From Alphaproteobacteria bacterium (GTDB lineage: Bacteria > Pseudomonadota > Alphaproteobacteria > Rickettsiales > JABSSG01): a stretch of DNA of 64,000 nucleotides. A program made the translations under genes and the position numbers. The notes beneath the pieces were generated by a model. It had not been told where the DNA came from, made no database searches, and saw only the letters and a program-made list of their open reading frames with translations. Location of the stretch: positions 183,280-247,279 of the forward strand of contig JAUIIY010000001.1 in the NCBI GenBank assembly GCA_030431375.1. The letters are read 5' to 3'. This document shows, in pieces, positions 60,010-64,000 of the stretch. Each line of letters begins with the position of its first letter. The stretch's first letter is position 1.

Positions 60010-60972
60010 TTAAATGTTGAGAAATTTCCTTATTTCTGCGACTTCACCTTTGCAAAATACAGAATCAAGTTCGCATAATTCAAATTCCTCTGGCAGCTCA
60101 TCTTTAGATATTTTTACAAAACCATATTTTTGATAAAAATTATGCGCAGCCTTGAGAATATCAACCGTGCCGAGAAATATCTCTTTAAAGCCATGCTTTA
60201 TTGCAGCATTGACAAGTGTGGACATTAATTTTCTTGCAACACCAGTACCTCTATATTCTTTTATAACAAAGAATTTTTTAATTTCACCTGCATTCTTGTT
60301 AATTCTATTTAGCCCCACGCTACCAATAATTTGACCATCATCCGCAACCGCATACCAAAAATTATAGGAATTATTGTAATAAAAATAATTCTCTGCTTTT
60401 AAAATACATATATTAGTACCTTGATTGATTGGTATGGAAAATTCATTTTTCTGAATATCAGAAATCATACTCATAATTTGTTTACGTATGACTCTAGATG
60501 TTGGCAGAGTTGCAATCTTGACATCTGAACCACTCAACCTATTTTTCTCAAGCGCATTCGAATATTTATCAATCGCATTTATAATCCCAACCATTTCGGA
60601 TTCTTTCAAATATTTAAATGCACCTTCTATCTTGCTTTCAGAAAAATCATCTATTGTTTTTATCGCTGCTTTTCCCGCTGCAGTAACATGGAGGTATTTT
60701 TCACGTCTATCTGCACCTTCTTTAAACTCAATTAAACCTTTTTTATGTAAAAAGCTTGTTAAACGTGAAGCTTTGGAAGTGGAAATAAGCAACAAAACCC
60801 CTAATTTTGATACGGTCAAACCCGGATCTTTATCTACTTCTATCAGCACATGCCAGTGCCCCGGTGTAATAGTCGAATCACTACTATCTACTTGCAACAT
60901 ACCGAGTTCTCTTACTAATTTCCTCGATAAATAACGTAATTTTTCGATTTCTTCTTTTTGCACAAGATACAT
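60010..60972 (-). CDS. MarR-type wHTH fused to GNAT acetyltransferase
   Basis: 320 aa. N-terminal MarR-like region (LTVSKLGVLLLISTSKASRLTSFLHKKGLIE) and a C-terminal GNAT region (VIKEYRGTGVARKLM...FYQKYGF). Confidence 0.75.
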   Translation of the reverse strand: MYLVQKEEIEKLRYLSRKLVRELGMLQVDSSDSTITPGHWHVLIEVDKDPGLTVSKLGVLLLISTSKASRLTSFLHKKGLIEFKEGADRREKYLHVTAAGKAAIKTIDDFSESKIEGAFKYLKESEMVGIINAIDKYSNALEKNRLSGSDVKIATLPTSRVIRKQIMSMISDIQKNEFSIPINQGTNICILKAENYFYYNNSYNFWYAVADDGQIIGSVGLNRINKNAGEIKKFFVIKEYRGTGVARKLMSTLVNAAIKHGFKEIFLGTVDILKAAHNFYQKYGFVKISKDELPEEFELCELDSVFCKGEVAEIRKFLNI

Positions 60973-61065
60973 CCATATTTAACTTTCGCCTAAAACACAA
61001 TCTAAGATAATTAATTGCATATTGCAACTAGTTTTATTATAATAATTGCAAATCTACCTGCATTA

Positions 61066-61166
61066 TAAATGTTGAGACTTTCCTCTACCTCTTCGACTTC
61101 ACCTCAGCAAAAAACTTCGCGTAATTCAAATTCATCTGTTAGCTCATCACTAGATACTCCGACATA
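61066..61166 (-). pseudogene. Degenerate duplicate of the 3' end of the MarR-GNAT gene
   Basis: taaatgttgagac..cgacttcacct..ttcgcgtaattcaaattc..agctcatc aligns by eye with 60011-60115. No ORF is maintained. Confidence 0.5.
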
Positions 61167-61629
61167 CCATTTCAGCAAGGAGTTTTTGTAAATTTGCCAA
61201 TATACAAGACGCCACTAATTAAAAAGGTGAAACGAAAGAAATAATGCAGGAAGATAAATGCCAAAGATTATTTTTGTGATAACAGAAACGAGTTTAATTA
61301 AATTACTCGTGGGTCGGACGATGGAAATTATAATTCTGACCGCATTACAAATGAGATCAATTCTTTACCAGACTCTGTTATTACTAGCTTTGATTTTGTT
61401 AAACCGCTAGGCAATTTGCATTCTACTAATGATGACAATGAAGAAAATCAGACTTAGAATCATGTAATAAGTTGGCATCATTCAGAATTTTTGAGTCGTG
61501 GATATACCCGCATGATTAACAATTAATAACAACAAACTCTACTATGTATACATATTCTTAAGAAAGAAAGAATCTTCACTCCTGGTTGCAAATTTCATTA
61601 TACCAACCTCACTCTAACAAAGCTATCCC

Positions 61630-61880
61630 AGCTCCCACCAACAACGTCATCCACAACACTCTACACAGTGGTCATCCCCAACTTGATTGGGGATCCATGC
61701 CGTACTAGCCGCTTCCTCCTTTGTTGCAGTGGATTCCCACTTTCGTGGGAATGACAAAAAAGGGAGCGGGAATACCCCCAACAACGTCATCCTCGACTCA
61801 ATCGAGGATCCAGAAAGAGGCTACGATGTTCCGTGCATTTGGCTACAGGAGTGGATTCCCACTTTCGTGGGAATGATAAG
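61630..61880. repeat. Cluster of extragenic palindromic (REP/MITE-like) repeats, two tandem units
   Basis: caacaacgtcatcc occurs twice (61640, 61780) and gtggattcccactttcgtgggaatga occurs twice (61729-61754, 61851-61876). Hairpins: atccccaacttgattggggat and atcctcgactcaatcgaggat. Confidence 0.8.
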
Positions 61881-61914
61881 AACGTGCGGCAGGAGTACTC
61901 AGAATGTAAATATT

Positions 61915-62367
61915 TTATTTCTGAGTTACATTTTTTAGATTACTTAAACATTCATATAGTATTTGCTCTAAAAAATTCTTCTGTTCAGAAGACAAAGTGC
62001 ATGTCATTTTTTCTTCTATGCTTCTTGTTAAATGATGGGCTTTTTGTACAACACTCAATCCTTTCTTAGTAAGTGAGACTGATAGAACCCTACCATGATC
62101 TGGGGTTGTTTTTCTCTTTATCAGCCCGCGATTTTCTAAATTTGATACAATAGCATGCATTGTTTGTGCAGTAATAAAGGATCTTCTGGCAAGTTCAGCA
62201 TTTGACATTCCATCCTGCAATTCCAACTGAGCTAAAACAGCATATTGCGGAGTAGTTAGCGCAATACTCTTTAAAGCTTCGTCCATACACAATCTCAAGG
62301 CATGCTGAGTTTTCTTCAACTTATAGCCAAGCAAACCTTTTACATTCACATTTTTAGTCGTTGACAT
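61915..62367 (-). CDS. MarR-family transcriptional regulator
   Basis: 150 aa; LTTPQYAVLAQLELQDGMSNAELARRSFITAQTMHAIVSNLENRGLIKR. Confidence 0.8.
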   Translation of the reverse strand: MSTTKNVNVKGLLGYKLKKTQHALRLCMDEALKSIALTTPQYAVLAQLELQDGMSNAELARRSFITAQTMHAIVSNLENRGLIKRKTTPDHGRVLSVSLTKKGLSVVQKAHHLTRSIEEKMTCTLSSEQKNFLEQILYECLSNLKNVTQK

Positions 62368-62416
62368 ATCAGGGTCCTTATATTACATTATCAGCGTGCT
62401 GATACTATAATATGGA

Positions 62417-62821
62417 TTGAACATGAATACAACAAATACTGAAACAGAAGAAAATTTAAAAACTGCATTTAGCTATTATAATGCTATGTGCACTAAGGAT
62501 TTTAATAAGGTGGCAAGCTTTTTAAGTGAAGACGTTTGTCTCACTAGTCCACTAGCTAAAATAAGTGGAAAGAAGTATGTTTTTAATGCAGCTACACGTT
62601 TTGCCGAGATGTTAAAAGACATTCACATTAGCTCCAGCTTCTCAACTAATGATCAGGTTATGCTTGCGTACGATATGATCGTGCCAGAGCCCATTGGTAA
62701 ATTCCGGGCAGCTGCACTTATGGATATTAAAAATAACAAGATCACAAGGATAGAGCTGTTTTATGATGCGCGGGGCTTTGAAGTGAAGAAGGACGATATT
62801 TTTGTCAATTCCAACAATTAA
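62417..62821 (+). CDS. SnoaL/NTF2-like fold protein
   Basis: 134 aa; the size and pattern (ENLKTAFSYYNAMCTKDFNKVASFLSEDV...) fit the NTF2-like superfamily. Divergent from the MarR gene. Confidence 0.6.
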   Translation: MNMNTTNTETEENLKTAFSYYNAMCTKDFNKVASFLSEDVCLTSPLAKISGKKYVFNAATRFAEMLKDIHISSSFSTNDQVMLAYDMIVPEPIGKFRAAALMDIKNNKITRIELFYDARGFEVKKDDIFVNSNN

Positions 62822-62990
62822 TTGTCTGCGATACAAGATAAAAATAAATTCGCTCATATATCCACGTCCCGATCAAAAATCCTAAACCCATTTATAATAA
62901 TTTTTTACATCTTATTTGACTTCAACACCCAATATTAGTAAACTCGCATATAATATGAGTAGCAGAATCAATTTTTTATGTAGGTAGCTT

Positions 62991-63413
62991 ATGTGGGTTA
63001 AAGAGCATAACAAATTTTATCCGGATGTCTCCCCTGAGGCGATTTGGAAGATATGGGTAGATATTAATAACTGGCCCAGTTGGCATGGAGACCTGGATTA
63101 CTGCAAGTTGGAGGGTGATTTCAAGGTTGGGAATTATTTTATGCTGAAACCTAAAGACGCACCAGCAGTTAAGATTATGCTGACTGAAATTAACGAGATG
63201 CAGAATTTTACAGACTGCACAAAGTTCTTTGGCGCCAAAATGTACGACACCCATAGCATGGAAGTGAAAGATGGCGGTGTTCTGCTTTCCAATAAATTAG
63301 TGGTTACAGGACCCTTAAAATGGCTGTGGATCAAACTTGTGGCAACGCATGTTGCAAACACGGTTCCAGATGAAATGGACTCTTTAATTAATCTGGTGAG
63401 GAATAAAGGCTGA
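62991..63413 (+). CDS. SRPBCC-superfamily (polyketide cyclase/START-like) protein
   Basis: 140 aa; PEAIWKIWVDINNWPSWHGDL is typical of SRPBCC ligand-binding proteins. Confidence 0.65.
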   Translation: MWVKEHNKFYPDVSPEAIWKIWVDINNWPSWHGDLDYCKLEGDFKVGNYFMLKPKDAPAVKIMLTEINEMQNFTDCTKFFGAKMYDTHSMEVKDGGVLLSNKLVVTGPLKWLWIKLVATHVANTVPDEMDSLINLVRNKG

Positions 63414-63418
63414 AAGAT

Positions 63419-63886
63419 ATGACAAATCCACCATTTGGCTTTGATGCACCTGAAGATAGCCCAGGCTTTTTGCTGTGGCAAACAACCATTTCTTGGCAAC
63501 GCATGATCAAGAAAGCATTAGAGCCATATGATATCTCCCATGCTCAATTTGTTATTATGGCTATATTGCTTTGGTGGCACGGCCAAAAGAAAGAAGTGAC
63601 CCAAATTGATATTGTCACAATGTCTAAACTAGATAAGATGACTATTTCAAAATCATTAAAGAAATTGGTTGGGATGGATTTAGTAGCAAGACATGAAAAC
63701 CAAGAAGATACTCGGGCTAAATCTGTGCAATTAACAAAATTGGGTATGGATTTAGCAAGTAAGCTAGTACCTATTATAGAGGGCGTAGATGAGGATTTCT
63801 TTGCTAAGCTTCCGAAAAAACAGGAAAATGATTTGATTGTGATTTTACGAAAATTAACGGTTATAGAAAATATTGATAAAACCTAA
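63419..63886 (+). CDS. MarR-family transcriptional regulator
   Basis: 155 aa; PGFLLWQTTISWQR...ISHAQFVIMAILLW...MTISKSLKKLVGMDLVARHENQEDTRAKSVQLT. Confidence 0.8.
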   Translation: MTNPPFGFDAPEDSPGFLLWQTTISWQRMIKKALEPYDISHAQFVIMAILLWWHGQKKEVTQIDIVTMSKLDKMTISKSLKKLVGMDLVARHENQEDTRAKSVQLTKLGMDLASKLVPIIEGVDEDFFAKLPKKQENDLIVILRKLTVIENIDKT

Positions 63887-64000
63887 TTTTAAAGATGAAA
63901 AAATTATCGCATGCTTGTACGATAACTATATTTTAATGTCGCAATGATTTCTTTTCTACCGCTTGTTTACTATGCACTACCAGGTCATCATCTCGGCCTA

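Noticed and set aside
61630-61880. The repeat cluster considered as a CRISPR array
   Set aside because: There are only two units, the repeats are composite hairpins of unequal spacing, there is no regular repeat-spacer periodicity, and there are no cas genes in the window.
61687-62069. ORFs 61687-61938 and 61833-62069 (..VDSHFRGNDK.. twice)
   Set aside because: They are translations of the tandem palindromic repeat units. The duplicated peptide simply mirrors the duplicated 26-mer, so they are not genes.
60152-63499. Antisense ORFs within the MarR-GNAT and SRPBCC/MarR genes (60152-60334, 60488-60934, 62642-62857, 62976-63254, 63134-63499)
   Set aside because: They overlap better-supported ORFs with recognisable wHTH, GNAT or SRPBCC motifs, and they have no motifs of their own.
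59089-64000. A second tRNA-anchored island with att repeats at tRNA-Ser
   Set aside because: I could not find a copy of the tRNA-Ser 3' end (..ggttcgaatccctctccctccgcca) downstream within the window, and there is no integrase. It is reported only as a degraded accessory patch.

Overview
This 64-kb window looks like an AT-rich alphaproteobacterial chromosome, probably from a host-associated Rickettsiales/Holosporales-like lineage. That placement is an inference from synteny: NDUFA12-like/mlaD/DUF2155, DUF3576-leuS-lptE-holA, short-type proS and dusB-fis-ntrYX. All family calls come from motif recognition by eye on the supplied ORF translations; no database search was run.

Most of the window is tightly packed housekeeping genes: pdhAB, rnhA, trpS, map, radC, ubiG, uvrB, grxC, leuS, holA, proS, lolCD, ispD/ispF, a thiolase, dusB, ntrYX, gabD and prmC.

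The main accessory feature is a 17.5-kb integrative island (13268-30736) at tRNA-Arg(CCT). It is bounded by a perfect 46-bp direct repeat of the tRNA 3' part and carries a P4-type integrase.
- Its cargo is a compact, translationally coupled, divergently transcribed 7-gene cluster: an ABC exporter, two threonine-aldolase-family PLP enzymes, an SDR epimerase, a glycosyltransferase fused to a radical SAM/SPASM enzyme, a WG-repeat/degenerate O-methyltransferase fusion, and a PhyH dioxygenase.
- I do not recognise this combination as a described pathway. It is my best candidate for a novel system.
- The island also holds a two-gene module with an HExxH protein, a nest of decayed IS elements (IS6, IS481, IS3), and about 1.7 kb of structured, repeat-rich non-coding DNA, including a possible group II intron 5' fragment.

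Other accessory items:
- a membrane-anchored pentapeptide-repeat protein;
- tandem porin paralogs;
- two compositionally atypical effector-like proteins (46.4-47.6 kb and 49.8-50.6 kb);
- a MarR-rich accessory patch with palindromic repeats downstream of tRNA-Ser(GCT).

No CRISPR array or rRNA was seen.
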